A stretch of 64,000 bases of DNA from NCBI GenBank assembly GCA_051362555.1, contig CM120640.1, forward strand, positions 60,304,788 to 60,368,787, written 5' to 3'. The notes under the pieces were generated by a model. The model saw only the letters and a list, made by a program, of their open reading frames with translations, ran no database searches and was not told the origin of the DNA. Positions 13,037-26,800 of the stretch are shown here, one piece after another. The stretch's first letter is position 1; the number at the start of each line of letters is the position of its first letter. Origin of the DNA: Lingula anatina (lineage: Eukaryota; Animalia; Brachiopoda). Made by a program: the position numbers and the translations under genes.

Positions 13037-14622
13037 CCTTTTTGTTATTTCGTTATTCATGTGTGGGGAAAAAGGCAGGTTGGCAACAGTTTAAGAGTCA
13101 AAACACACCTTTGGCTGTTTTGAATGCCATTCTAGCATCCATTAAATTTTACTATGTTGTCTTCTACAAGTTTAGTCAGTGAACTAAGATTGTACTGCTC
13201 TTTTATGAGCAAGGTGCCAATTGCTGAAACTATGGAAATATTTATCATTTATAAACTTTTTGTAAAGCAATTTTCATATATTCAGTAGGTGATTAATAAT
13301 TTTTTTTAAAAAGTAGAAAAGAAGTTGACAGCGTTCAGTGACCTTAAAGGTTTACCTTAACTGTTAAAGGAAGCTGAAAATTGCTATATAGATCTGATAT
13401 CATCAATTGATTTCTGCAGCATTAGGAGAAAATTCATCACAAAATTACTTTTAATCATTCCCATTCCTATTGTCATAAGTAGGGAATTTACTGATTGTCA
13501 GAATGCATATTTATGCTATTATACAGTTTTTAACAAAATTGTACATTTTGTATGTATTGAATGCTTTTGACTGTGATAGAGCGTGTTTATACTAATAAAT
13601 ATCTACCATTCTTACCTGTTATCAGTCTTACCTCCACAGAAATCTTTTATGTTCAATATAGACATGATATATATTATATCTTTTGAAATTATGCAGCATA
13701 AAAGAGGTATATTTGTTCTAATATAAAACAAAATATTATCCCTGCCTTTGCATTTGAAGATGATTTAAATTTGAAAAAATATAATAAGATACATTTCAAA
13801 ACAGCATTATTTTACACATACAATATGTGAAGTAAAGTCGTCTATGTTGAAAGTGACACATTGTGTTAGTTGGGAATTAACTATTCCAGCTACAATCTGT
13901 TTTTATATAAAAGTGAGTGGCACGTGCAAAAAAGTGAGTTGTGTGAGGGTACACCATGGAGCACTGCCTTGGGCGGTCTTAGTGAATAAGATGATAGTAT
14001 TGACAAATATCACTTAGATATCAAGCCCATTGGAAATAACGACAGTTTCACATATTGCCAGACGCGCAACTTCATTCAGTTGGGGCGATTCGGATGTACA
14101 TGCAAAGGTTACAAATGTACCAGCTCGTATTTGTCATACACAGCCAACTCTCTGCATGTCTTACTAGACAAAGAATGCATTATGAAACATCACGATTTTC
14201 CCAAACGTGAGGTGTTTTCAAAACGGAAAAAAAAAGCACATGCGATTAAATCTTACTGAGAGGAGGCTCGGATCCGTACCAAACCATGATTGTCATTTAT
14301 ACTTTTGGGAACATATCGCCATTTAAACATATTTGAACAAATTCTTTTTATCTTGCCCTTTAATTGATTTGACTCTAAGTATAAATGCAAGCTTGTGCCG
14401 CTCACCATGGAGCCTTAGAGGCTTTTGTAAAAGAAATAAAAAAAAAAAAAACGCGGAAGCTGAATCACCTTTGTGGTTCCAAACAGCTAACAAAATTCTC
14501 TGTCATTTATGGAATCGCGCTACTTCCTACCTGTCAAATACTATACCTATGACAAAGTGAAACAGTTAAGGGTCTTTAATAGTTTGACCTTTTATATTTA
14601 GTTTATTGTATTATAATATGTT

Positions 14623-14626
<4 letters not shown>

Positions 14627-14667
<41 letters not shown>
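14627..14667. repeat. (AT)n microsatellite
   Basis: Uninterrupted AT run. Confidence 0.95.
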
Positions 14668-14672
<5 letters not shown>

Positions 14673-15081
14673 GTTATCGCGTACGGTTAATGTAGTCAAC
14701 TGTTCATCCTTGCGTGGAAATATTTATCTCAGTGTGTGAAAGAAATGTCTACAAGATATACATATCTACGTTGATGTACCAAGTGAGACACAAATCGTAT
14801 CCGCTTCACGAGTAGATAGTCAGGCCTGTCATTGTCCGAGTTCCTTTCACAGCAGATGACACCTGAGGTACAAATTCTTAGGCCTGTGTGTCAAGCCAAG
14901 CAACTGCACCCTATAATGCGTCGGTGTGTACATAAGACAGAAAGGGTGGATTTTAGAGAGAGATTCCTTTCATCGGGGTCAGAGATATGAGAAGTTACAG
15001 GTGCGTTTGTGACAGGGTAGTTACTAAGGCAGAAGAGGAAACACTCGCACCACTAGCATCAACCCCCAGAACTGACTGAAG

Positions 15082-18017
15082 ATGAGACGAGCATTTCATA
15101 CAGACACAGACGTGACTATACTTTTTAAGCAATGGAAGACCGTCTCTGTTACAGGTAACATTTGTTTCGTGTGTGAAGATGGTCGTTGAGAACGTATTTA
15201 CACAACATGTAGATCGTTCTGCTGTGCAATGGCTTTGGACATCTTTGACATGCCTTCGTTGACGTGAGCACTTGCTGCCCCGGTTATTGTATACTTGAGT
15301 GTAAAGATGAAAGGATGGGCCCGATAGGAGGTCGTCAAATGTGTATATTTAATGCTTTCCTGAAATTAAGTTTTGTATTTAAAAAAAAATCGGTATCCTA
15401 AAGTCTCGGCTGTTGGTGGTTCTCCGTGACAAGGAGGTCGTGCGCGTGTAGTTTGCACAGGTGTAGCCTACGTGTTTAGGAATGTTAAGTAGCGTTTCCT
15501 AAACAAATATTACAATTTTTAACAATTTTTTATTTGTGGCATAGTGTAATGGGACGTAATTTAACTTTAGAAATTTATCATTAACGAGGAGACGTTTATG
15601 ATTCAGGGAATACATTTACAGTGATACCCATAACATCACCTTTGTTGCTTGCTTTATCAAATGCGAATCTCGTCAATAATATGACCTGAAAACACCACAT
15701 TATAAACATTTCAATCCTATTTAAATTAAAAAACAAAAACCCGAAATCACTCTTATTGACACACGCTGGTAATTAATAGATACCAATCCCTCTTATCTAA
15801 AGAGAACATCTTTAAATAAGTATGAAAGCAGCATTTACAATGAACTACTAGTACAGTAGGTGAAGTTGAGATTGGGCATTAAGATTAAAGTATCAATGTA
15901 GTTCACGGGATGTTCTGCGCCAGTAATACTCCCTTTACAGTTTAACGTATGCAGCTCTCAAACTGACTACTAAGCAGTTGAATTATTAGGATGAACGGAA
16001 ATTCCGTTCCTTATCACATCAATCTGATATTCCAGTGATATTCTGGACATTAGATAGCATCAGCACCGCTTTCAGCACCTCATCCTTATCTCACCGCGAA
16101 CTATTGCCTTTATACGGTTTTTATTCTAGAGTTACTGAGGTGAGAGTCATAATCGTTATTAAGTTGGAATTTCCAAAATTTCTCCATTTGTTTTCAGATG
16201 TTCTGGTCATAGCGATACTGATATTGATTGTGGCTCTATTGAATGAAGGACTTTATGCATACCGCGGGGTTGTTACGTCAACACAGAGCAGCAAGCAAAC
16301 CAGGTGAGACTGTCTCAACTAAAACAATCCGGTAGTAAGTAGATATCGGTTGTTCGTTCGTGCTGCAGGTTTACGTGCCTTTGGTGACCGCATTATGTTT
16401 TTATAAAATTGCTTTTTATTAAGTTGTTTTTAGAAATACCTAAATGACCATGATTTACCTATCCCAGGCGCTGCGTAAATGCCATATTTGTAAATAACGA
16501 CCTCACTTACAATGCAAATGAAGGTCGAAATGGAGTAATATCCCATTTTACTGCTTAAAGGCCAGGGGGTGAGAGGTAATTTTCAGATATCAAGATGAGA
16601 CTGGCATTGTGATTGATAATCATTTATATGTACCGTGTTTATCCTGGAAGCTTTGTATGTTGCAAAAAAGAAAAAATGGCAGATCGCGCTTCCAAGGGGA
16701 AATTAGAAAAAAATTCGAAAAACGCGTTTGGATGCAGCGCGTACAGGCCTAATCAACTACCAGACTCGGCACCTAAGGATCCTGAATTAACCGGTATATC
16801 GGACCACACTACCCGTTTTCAAGGTGTGTGTCAGATCGCATTTCGGAGTATCAGTCAGAACACCGACAGGATGAGCCCACGCTCGGCTGTCACCTTGATT
16901 GGATAGTAAACGATTGTCGTATTTAATCGCTATATGATTTTAAAACCGGGTACATAAATTTGAAAGCCACCTAGATGAACCTTAGACTGCCACATTAATC
17001 TAATACAATGCAAAAAAGCCCTATCAAAAGTGGTTAAAACATTCAAACCGAATGTCGTAAACTCCCCATATACCCCCATAGAGACAATGAAATAGAGTAC
17101 TCTAAAGTAAGAGTACAGTTTAAGGTTGTTCAGCCGAGCGTGGATGAGCCCGCAGTCGTCCTACAAAATTTGTTCTGGAGTATGATACTCCAAAATGCAA
17201 TCTGACACACACCTTGAAAACGGGTAGTGTGGTCCGATATATCGGTTAATTCAGGATCCTTAGGTGCCGAGTCTGGTAGTTGGTTAGGCCTGGCGTAGAA
17301 TTATTGAATAAAGCTAAGTTAAATCTGGGCATACAGGGATAAGTGTCGAAGGCGCGATCATTATTCACTTCAAAGAGAGTTTTAAGTATTTCGCCCTTTT
17401 ACCTTTAACTTTGAAAAAATGATTTTTAAAATCTTGCCCGGCGAATATTATTAATTTGTTATTTTATACTATCTTCCAGGTATTCCTGGCTTTCTTGGGT
17501 TCATTTGCTGCACTCATTATGTCACATGCTACGTGTCACATTGTCCAACGTATTAATGCTAGCTCTAATGTCGTACAATCTCTGGATATTTATCGCTATC
17601 ATTCTTGGCTCCGTTTTGGGGTACTATTTGTACGGATGGACCCTCATTGACATACGCCCCCCTCAAGACAGGGGCCAGGGATACAGACAAAGTTTAAATC
17701 TCCCTGACAGATTTGAAATTAGACAAACTCCATCACATGAGGAAGATATTAACTTCAGGGCCATTTCATTGGGTGAAAAAAACCATAACAAAATCGAAGA
17801 ACGCCAAAGCATGTTGTCGTCAGCTTCGTCAATGGAACTTCCACAAAATAAAACGACACAATTATCCACGTTTCAGCATCAAGACACCAAGACTGTTAAA
17901 ACTTCAAGTGAAAGTGGGAACAATGCATCAGATATGAATCAAAATACAAATGATTATGATGCCGAGGAGCTACAAGGCATGCTATCAAATAGTAACACAA
18001 ATGAAAGCAATGTCTAA
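15082..18017 (+). CDS. Ctr/SLC31-family copper transporter-like protein, ~238 aa
   Basis: Exons 15082-15154, 16198-16303, 17480-18017 (phases 1 and 2 consistent). Pre-TM1 motif FH...TILFKQWK; TM1 ending LLNEGL; exact Ctr signature MxxxM-x12-GxxxG (MLALM-SYNLWIFIAIIL-GSVLG). Long polar C-terminal tail. Confidence 0.85.
16744..17292. mobile_element. Non-autonomous DNA transposon with ~110-bp TIRs, CAGG termini and 5-bp TSD (hAT5-like), in Ctr intron 2
   Basis: caggcctaatcaactaccagactcggcacctaaggatcctgaattaacc... is inverted almost perfectly at ~17183-17292. Direct repeat gcgta at 16739-16743 and 17293-17297. Confidence 0.88.
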
Positions 18018-19353
18018 TGAAAATAGTTCAGTGAGATTTTGCCAGGCTACACTTATTCTTTCTCATTTTTGAACAAGTGTCCCATTGTTAAAATGCAAAT
18101 GAAGCAAAATTCATGCAACCCCCTCCGCAAATCTTATCTATATTTTGGAGAGAAAAAGGAATGCTGGGTGGTTGCCCTTCTTGTTATTAGACCTTTGATG
18201 TACGAATAATCAAACGGGCGCACGACGGAAAAAGGAAAGATGATTATAATATTAAAATAATCATGCGCCCATAATAAGAGGCATTCCTGTTTGCGTCTTT
18301 TTGAACATTCCAGCTGAATTAAAAACTTGAAGAGTGTCTCTATGTCTCTATTTTATAGCACTATACACTGTCTTAACAACGGCAAGAAAACGAGAAAATG
18401 TCAACTAGGGGATATCATCATTATAGTGGAAAATTAGTAGGAAACTAGCGCTACCGTCACGAAGACTTATTGCTTAGTGCCGAAGGTGAAAGAAATAAGA
18501 GAAAACCTCGAATATATAAGCCGATTGCACGGAGATGGAAGTTAGAAAAATTCTTGGGGTTTCAACTTCTTCTGCAATTCTTATGGAATTTTCCCAGGGC
18601 AGAGAGATCAGGAAAAAAAAAACTGGAGAAAATTAAGAATACTGTTGAATATAAAAACGAACTGTACATCTAAAAGATGATGACGATGAAAATTACTTAA
18701 AAATAAGGAGATGTTGCTTAATCTTGCCCAACCGCTGTAGTAAAAGTTACTCTTACTAATTTCAGAGGTGCATCGTCACGTTTCTTACGAATAATAGGTA
18801 CAGTACAAGATATATGATATAGAGTGAAACTATTTTTGTATGCAACTGTTTTACAATAAAGTAACATTAATCAAGCATGCTTGACACTTACACAATTCAT
18901 TAAATAATTTCGACACATTTAAACAAGATCAGAAGATATGAAAACAGGGGCGGAGCTGGCTGAGGCTTGTCCTTGAGGTTAAAAGAATGTCTGACATGTT
19001 GATCCTGGTTAAATTACCGGTCATCACTCAGCGATGTCCTTCATAATTCACGTCAATTATGGTAAGTGCGCTTTTGAAAAGCACCAACATTATGCCTCAC
19101 CATAATGTATCTCAGACTTTTCAAATAATTTTGAAATAATTGGCTGCTTTGAAAAACATCACACTGTAATCGGTCGGTTTGTATGCCATTTTCACCTAGA
19201 ACTTACGTGTCAACGGGCATTTCATTCCTCCCATTTAGTTTTGTTTAACAGCCATGCCACCAATCCTGGCGCAGAGAATAAAATATAAATAAATATATAA
19301 ATAAACGATAATGAGATCCGGGAGTTATGACCCTCGTTGCACAGTACCCTACT

Positions 19354-20275
19354 TTATGAGTTTTCGACAAGCGCACTGGTCCTCGACTTTGTCCTCCAGC
19401 GTCCCTGCAGGCGGGATATGGTATTGGAGCGAAGACGGAAGAAGTCCTCAGACGTAGGAGATAACCTGGTGTAGGAAGACTGGAGAAGGTACTCGTCCAG
19501 GGACGACGTGCTGTCCTTGGCGCTGGGAATCCTCTCCAACTCGCTTTTCCTGTCCTTTATGTGCTGAATTGTTAACTGGATCTTTAGAAACTGATTAGCG
19601 ATGTCTTGGTCCTGCTGGCGAATTTTTGTCTGTCAAAGAACAACCAAATTATTTATCAAAAGATTACTCTTTCCCTCACAGGCTTGTGCGCTCGTTCAAT
19701 AATAATAAATAATATACAAATTAAGCCAAAACCTTCCTTCTGTCACTAGCTATGAAACTTCTGACTCTTTCTTTGCTGTTGTAAACCACTGTTTCTTCTT
19801 AATTTCGATAAAAACGATATTGCCTCAGCAACGAATGGAAACAGAAAGATACTAAACGAAAAACGCACGTTCCAGGCGTGTGAAAGACACCGCGGCCGGA
19901 GTTTAAGAGAACACTGGAAACTCTTTACCTAAACCAACTTACGTATGAGTTAAGTTATAATCTGTTTCAATCAGGATGCAGATGAGCACATGCTGATCGA
20001 CATAAATGACATAAAGCGATCGCAGTAATGCAACCATTACTTACTAATTCTTGCCTGAGCCATCTCAGAGCAACGTCGATGTCCTGGCTTTGGTTTGAGA
20101 TGTCCACAACAACCCCTTCGTCATTCTGTTGATTATGGTAACTTTGGCAATAGTCTTTATGGTCTTTCTGAAATCTTACAGGCAATTCAATGAATTCGCA
20201 CTCTTCAAATACATCATCATCACAAACAGAATCCTCGTCTAAGTCCAGTGATAGAGTCACCTTGGGTACTTCCAT
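19354..20275 (-). CDS. FAM167: FAM167-family protein, ~168 aa
   Basis: Exons 20275-20045 (donor gtaagt) and 19629-19354 (acceptor tttgacag), phase 0. The junction reads IDVALRWLRQEL|TKIRQQDQDIANQFLKIQLTIQHIK, matching the FAM167 core (AL.WLR.EL.EMR.QD..LA.QL). Confidence 0.8.
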
Positions 20276-23200
20276 GGTTCAAAAGTTTCTACCCGATAGC
20301 AATCGCTATATTCCAGTTGAAAGAAATTGTCTGACAACCATGGATGGAATAGTTTGAGTTCGTTTGCTTAGATGATCGACCAATAGAAAAGCAAACACTC
20401 TTTTCCTCCTCTGGGGTGCTTTACACAGCTAAGCTTTGTTAAGCGTCCATGAAAGCGTGTCTGTGATGTATCATTTCTTTTTTATCCCTGAAAACAGTAC
20501 AGCTGTCGAATTAAGAATTCCTCAGTTCGTCTGTGAGAGTTACCAGTATTCAACGAGAATGAGTCCATGTGCTAACACAGAAAACTGAAGCCATCCGAGT
20601 GCCTTACGTCACAAGTATGCGGCAAGATGATACCAACTGACGACAAAGCTACAAATCACAATGCTTTTCAATGTGAAATTACACGGTCTCCAGATCCTCG
20701 CGGCTACCTCTAATGGGATAATGCCCTACTGTACGTCTGGCGGGAGGGACGGTTGAGGTTAGACAGTGATAAACAACGACGACAACACGGATTTCCACGC
20801 TCAGATAAAGACAAAAACAAAACCATACACTTAAGTTTTTCCTTCCTATGGAATACATGTTTTTTTACTCATACGTCGCCAGATGTGGTTACATTTTTCC
20901 GCTACTGGTGACTGCTGCTGGGGTGATAAAACTGACAGGTATGAGGACTTAAATTGGTGTAATACGCTCTTCCCGACCACACAGGTCTGTCAGGTTTGTG
21001 GTGATTTCTCAGATTAGCCGTCAAATAGGTAATCTGAGAAACTGTAACTAGAAGTCTATTTTCACCTGTGCCCTCCACTAGATACCTCCTCTTAATATGT
21101 CTTAATCCAACTTACAAGCGCCCTGCATGAGTCCCGGTTTACGGGGTTTAAGCTTATCGTAGCGTTCCTGTAGTCTTGCCTTCAACCTTAATATGCGGGA
21201 GGCCATCACCATGCATCGCTACTGGTCTCTTCCAGTTTTAGACTTGCTCTTCCTTGTATTATTTTTTTACATTACTTTTTCACTATTCATTAATTTCTCT
21301 CCGGTATATCAGGAGAAGTCACTGCCAACCAAACAAAACTCTTCTCTCCATGCTATTTTCAATGTATGCCCGCTGCATGCCCCACTTAGCAAGAAGATCG
21401 AACTTGACCATAAAGCTTTATGGCTTACAAATGAAATGTTGTTAAGTTAATACACCCTTTCGTTATTCATGATTTACATTATGATATCTAGGCCTATATA
21501 GCATAGAGTAGATGGCATAAAGCATAAGCAGAGTTGCACCTGACCTTTTAGCTTTTCACAAATAAATCAACAGCAAGCTGGGTGTTAACGGCACTTTCCC
21601 CTCAGTAGCTATAAGAAAGGTCCGTCTGTTTGGTTATAAGGCAGCTTTTAAGAAGACCAAACTAAACAAACTATAGATTACCGGACGGGGTTGGATAAAA
21701 TTTCACACTCATTGGGGAAAACTGGCGGAAACGAATGTTATTTTCCCATGATTTACATTTCCAGTTTCAGTACAGTCTTTACTCAGAAAATGACTTGGAA
21801 ATTGTCTCCCCTAATCTTAAGTATTGACCTGCGCAAGGGGATTAATCAAAATTCCGTTCAGTGTACTTTGAAGCCTACAGGCGGCCTTTGATGTTAGTAC
21901 AGTTTTCTATTAGTTCCATAAAAGAGAGTAGTAAGTATCCCAATTTGATTAGAGTCACAAGTAAATGTGCCTCTAGTTTGCACTGATTCTACTAATTCCT
22001 GATTTAATACGGGTGTATGAAATGTTGATTTAGTTATAAGCGCTCTTGGTATTGCACTTTCCCATTAAAGATATTAAGGTCAGTCCCACGGCGGATTATG
22101 TTTGCATGGAATGATTATTGATAGTTTTTTTTTTAAAATCAAATTCAAGTGTCTGAAGTTCGGGTCGTGGGTTGATTAAACGAGCCTTCTAGAAATAATA
22201 ACATGGTTAATTTTGTATTACTTATCTAAAAAAGGGCAAAAAATGATGTTAACCTAGGGAGTACATAAACCAAAATCTAAAGCAAAAATTTGCTAATTTT
22301 CCTGGCGTTCTCAACAGTGTCCCAAAACTTACATACCTGATCAAGTTACAAAATAACAAATACTGCCCTATAAATATAGTTTTCTTCACCTAGCTTTAGC
22401 CCAAAGAATCATGGGATGGTTTCTTTGTTTATTTCACGGGAAAATTATTTTTTGCGACAGGGTACTATTTTCAATCTTAAAGGGATCTAGGGTAATAAGT
22501 AGAGGCCCTCTTCAAATAATTATAAAACAAAAATTCAGTAAGCAGTCTTTTTTCACGATTGTTAAATGTAATATCTTAATTACCACCACATAACGAGACG
22601 CAGTGACAATAAATGACTACCTTCTTGAGTGGAGCTTGGACAAATAAAACATTAATGGAATTAAATAAATAGAACCCTGCATCAGCGTCATGAATTTGTC
22701 AAAGCAAAATTTAGCAGCATGTATGAATTACCCCACTCAAGAGGTTTTTATTTCACTAACAAAAATTGCTGATAAAAGGGCACTTTTACTGGATACCTTG
22801 TATGCATTGATACCATGTACCTTAACCCGTTTTCTACAACTATAGGGTTTCAGTCAAAATTTGTGACTAAAGCTTTATCAGTATTGAGAGTATATATTTA
22901 GGTTACACTGGTATCAGTTTCTTTATATTTTTATTGAAATAGAATATACAATATATTAATGATATAGTAAGATGATTAAATGGATCGCATCCACTGCTTC
23001 TTTACATGAAAAGTCCACGGTACAACTATTAAAACAGAAAAACTGAGACATTCAGTTCCTCTCATTTTGTTGAAGAACCACATTCCCTGATAATAAAAGA
23101 AAGAGCACAACAACAAATACTTCATTTAAAGTGTCGTTTAATACATTTTCAATAGAAAATGTCCACATTTGCAACAAGAACAATACTTTCATTTTTATTC

Positions 23201-23897
23201 ATATTATGTACAAATAATACGATAAAGTGCATGTGGCTACCTTTAAAAATTGGTATAAAAATCAACAATATTTGGAAATATGGAAATTTATAGCGTAATA
23301 TAATTTATGTCATCGAGAGGCAGAGAGACGACCATCAGCAGTTTAGTTGACTCTTCTTTCATGTAGGGTCCATCATATTTGATCCATGGATCAGAAGATT
23401 CTCAAATCTTCTGTTCTGAATGTCCTCATTAATTCATTTAAGTATTTGATCACTAAGGATGTGACCTCAATTAAGACTCATCAGTGGAATGCCGTGGGTA
23501 CTAGATGATTAAGTTGATGAGAATAAGAATGAAATGCATGGTCACATCAAAAAGCACCAAATTAAAATGGTGATATTCTTTTAAGTCATTAACTTCATTC
23601 AATGAACTTAACACATTACTTTATATTTATCCCAAAGATAATTAGCTGTGCCTAGTATTGTTAAAAATTTGTCCAACATTTGATTGAAATGTAATCCATA
23701 AAACACCTAACCTGATGCCAAATAAACCAGAAGTCTGTGACAAGAACTGATTTTGAACAATTATTCAGATTGTCCATGATTGCATAATGCATTTCGGTGC
23801 ATCAACTCATACTTCCTTGTGGTGTCAACTTCATTAATTTAAGTATGCAGTTCACTTTTGATTACTTATTTCAATTTGTGCCTCAAGATCGTAAATT

Positions 23898-26800
23898 TTA
23901 CAATTTTGCTTTCAATGTGCCTCCTGTGCCTGGTTTGGGCATAATCTGTTGCAACTTCATGGCTAGAGCCATGTTGCCTGTGATCTTCAGCTTACCAGAG
24001 AAGAAAGCCTGTAAATAAATAATAAAAATGTACAGGAAAACATAAATAGTATTTAAACCAGATGCCTTAAATGACATGATAAACTACTCCTGATCTGCAA
24101 TTCTGTAAATTAACTAAATTATGCACCATATAATGACATGCAGTGGACTGGATGTGCATCATGTAGGCTAGCTCCCTAAGGTTTCTATAAATTAAATATT
24201 AACCCTAATTAAAGATTTATGATAACACTTTCCTCTTAATCCTTATAAAAAAAAACATGTAGCCATCATAAACCAATGAAGTACCTACCTGCTGGGAGTT
24301 CAATTTTCCCATGGCCATTTTGATCATGTCATCATCTGACATTGTGATGGTGACATCTCCTTTTCCGTTAGGATCAAACTTGACACTGCCAGAACCATTC
24401 TTACAGTCCACCACCCAGCACCCAGTCTTCCCACCAGCTCCAGTCACCTTGAAACAGTACACTGCTTTTACCTTCTTCACCAGGTTGGCGCCATCCTGAA
24501 AAATAACCATAAACAATCTGTTAACTTAGCTATACATTTCATATCTATACCTATACATTTCCACATCGTTAATATAAGTTACAATGGAGGAATTAACAAC
24601 ATGTTATGCTTAGAAAATGTCAATACCATGCACCAACATTCAAACCATTTGTATACCTTCTCAATCTCTTTTGTCATGAGATCAAACAAAGCAGCACTTT
24701 TGAAGTCTGCAACTTGGGCACTGGTTGGCATGGCCTGGATTCTACCAGTCCTATAATAAAAATATTCAAAATCAGTTCTTCTGTTCCAATTTCATGTACT
24801 CAAAGAGCACTATTTTTTACTCTAATATGGCATTACAATTTTAATACTCTTCCTTCTAGCAGCAGCACTGCTATCTTTATGATTTATTATATTATTTCTA
24901 TTTCTAAAAATATACATGGTTGCATTGAATCATACTCTTCAATTCTTTACTAGGCATTCATTTCCTGTCTAATATAAATGTGTTATCATTATCAATATGG
25001 GCTGAAAACATGTCAAATTTATTTATCTATTAAGTTGTATTTTCTTTTTGACCTGTGGTACTCTGGAAACCCCATTCTGTATAAAGCCACTACGACAGCT
25101 CCTCCCAGACCAATGTTGTGTTGCAAAGCCAATTTAGCACCAGGCACTTGTCTTTTTCCTGCCAAACCTCTCAACTGCCAGCACAGCTCTGAACACTGGG
25201 CCAAACCTTTAAAGATATATTCATTGAGATGTATTTACTTCAAATATTGTAACATATTCCACTGAGTTTATATCTTCATACACTTGTTAACTAAGCACTA
25301 ATAATAGGGACACCTTAGACAATAGCCGCATTCAGAACAAGTTTGTCCGTGGACTAACAGATCCACAGATCAAATATGGTGCCACCTACTTGAAAATGTG
25401 CCATGATTTAATTGCTCTTCCCCTGCTGGGACAGTGCGCATGGGAGGTAGTAACCCATTGTCAATTGTGCGCCATATTTGATACGTGGACTAGTTAGTCT
25501 GCGGATTAACTAAGTTGTGAATATGTTCTTTCATTAACTGTAATTAATATTAGTATTACTTTACACAGAAATTTTGCTGTCTGTGGTACCATATTTATTA
25601 CCTGTTGCACCAAGAGGGTGTCCTTTAGATATCAGTCCTCCACTTGGATTGACCACAAACTTTCCACCATAGGTATTGTCTCCTCTGTCTATCAGCTCCC
25701 CTGCCTTGCCTAAAATACCCACAGAACATTATGATTCAAATTCAATGCCAACAACAGCAAATTATACTATTCAATCTCGTCTAATGTATTAACAAAAATG
25801 TACTTAAATTGATTACAACATAGAAAGAACACAAAGCTGTTGTAAACAGATAGCAATGGAGTCAACTTCCTATGAGACACATAGAAAGAGATGGAAGCTT
25901 ACTTTTCAACAAACTAAATACTCTGCTCCAGCCTTACACGTTCCAACCGCCTCCCCTGTGTACCTTTATTCTGAACTGATCAAAGTTCACACCTAGGTAC
26001 AGTTAACATTTTATATCACTGACCTACTTACTGACCTGACCTATTTAATTGATATTCAATAGGAATCTGAAACTTAGGGTCGTTTACATAGCTGTGGTAA
26101 TACTTAATATCTCATCTCTTAAATATCTTTCATCTTTTGTTGCATTTATCATCTGTAACATGGATATTCTATTCAATTAAGAGAGATGTAAATCAAATAA
26201 AATATTTATTTCTTCTCAAATCTCAATGTGCCTTCAATCATCAATAATCTATACTATTTAGAAAATGCGGAAATATATTCTTTACATGGTTTAACTGACA
26301 AAGCTGCAAATCGTCATGCATACAGTTTTTAACAATACCCCTTTTACAGGACACTCGGTATTTTTAACAGTTCCCTCTTTTTAATCTAATTTTATCATGA
26401 ATTGGAATGTTTGACCTATAAAAATGGCACATCATGACATCAGGTCACAACTTACTATCAAGAGGGGATTGTGTGAATTCCACGTTCATCTCTACTATCA
26501 AAACAACTAAAAATTTAATATTTTTGATATACTTTGCAAGGATTGTTAAACATTAAAGGGATAATAATTCTTCGTTTTGGCCAAAAAATGAATTTTCCTG
26601 GAGTAAACAACAATTTTCCCATACTTACCAATGGTTTATGAATCCATTTTTACATTCAAAGTTAGTCCCTGTTTTTTTTTTCTAAAAAGTTTGGTTTTTT
26701 GTTAAAATCTCTTAAGAGATTATAACTGAGTACAGCCATCAATGGAGGTCACGTGATCTGAGGACAAGCTCAAAAATCAGAATAATAGCTATAACTGCCG

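Noticed and set aside
14905-14916. Metal response element (TGCACCC) next to TATAA upstream of the Ctr gene
   Set aside because: A single 7-bp degenerate match is expected by chance, and the TSS is unknown.
20604-20611. CRE/ATF-like site upstream of FAM167
   Set aside because: Single short motif without other support.
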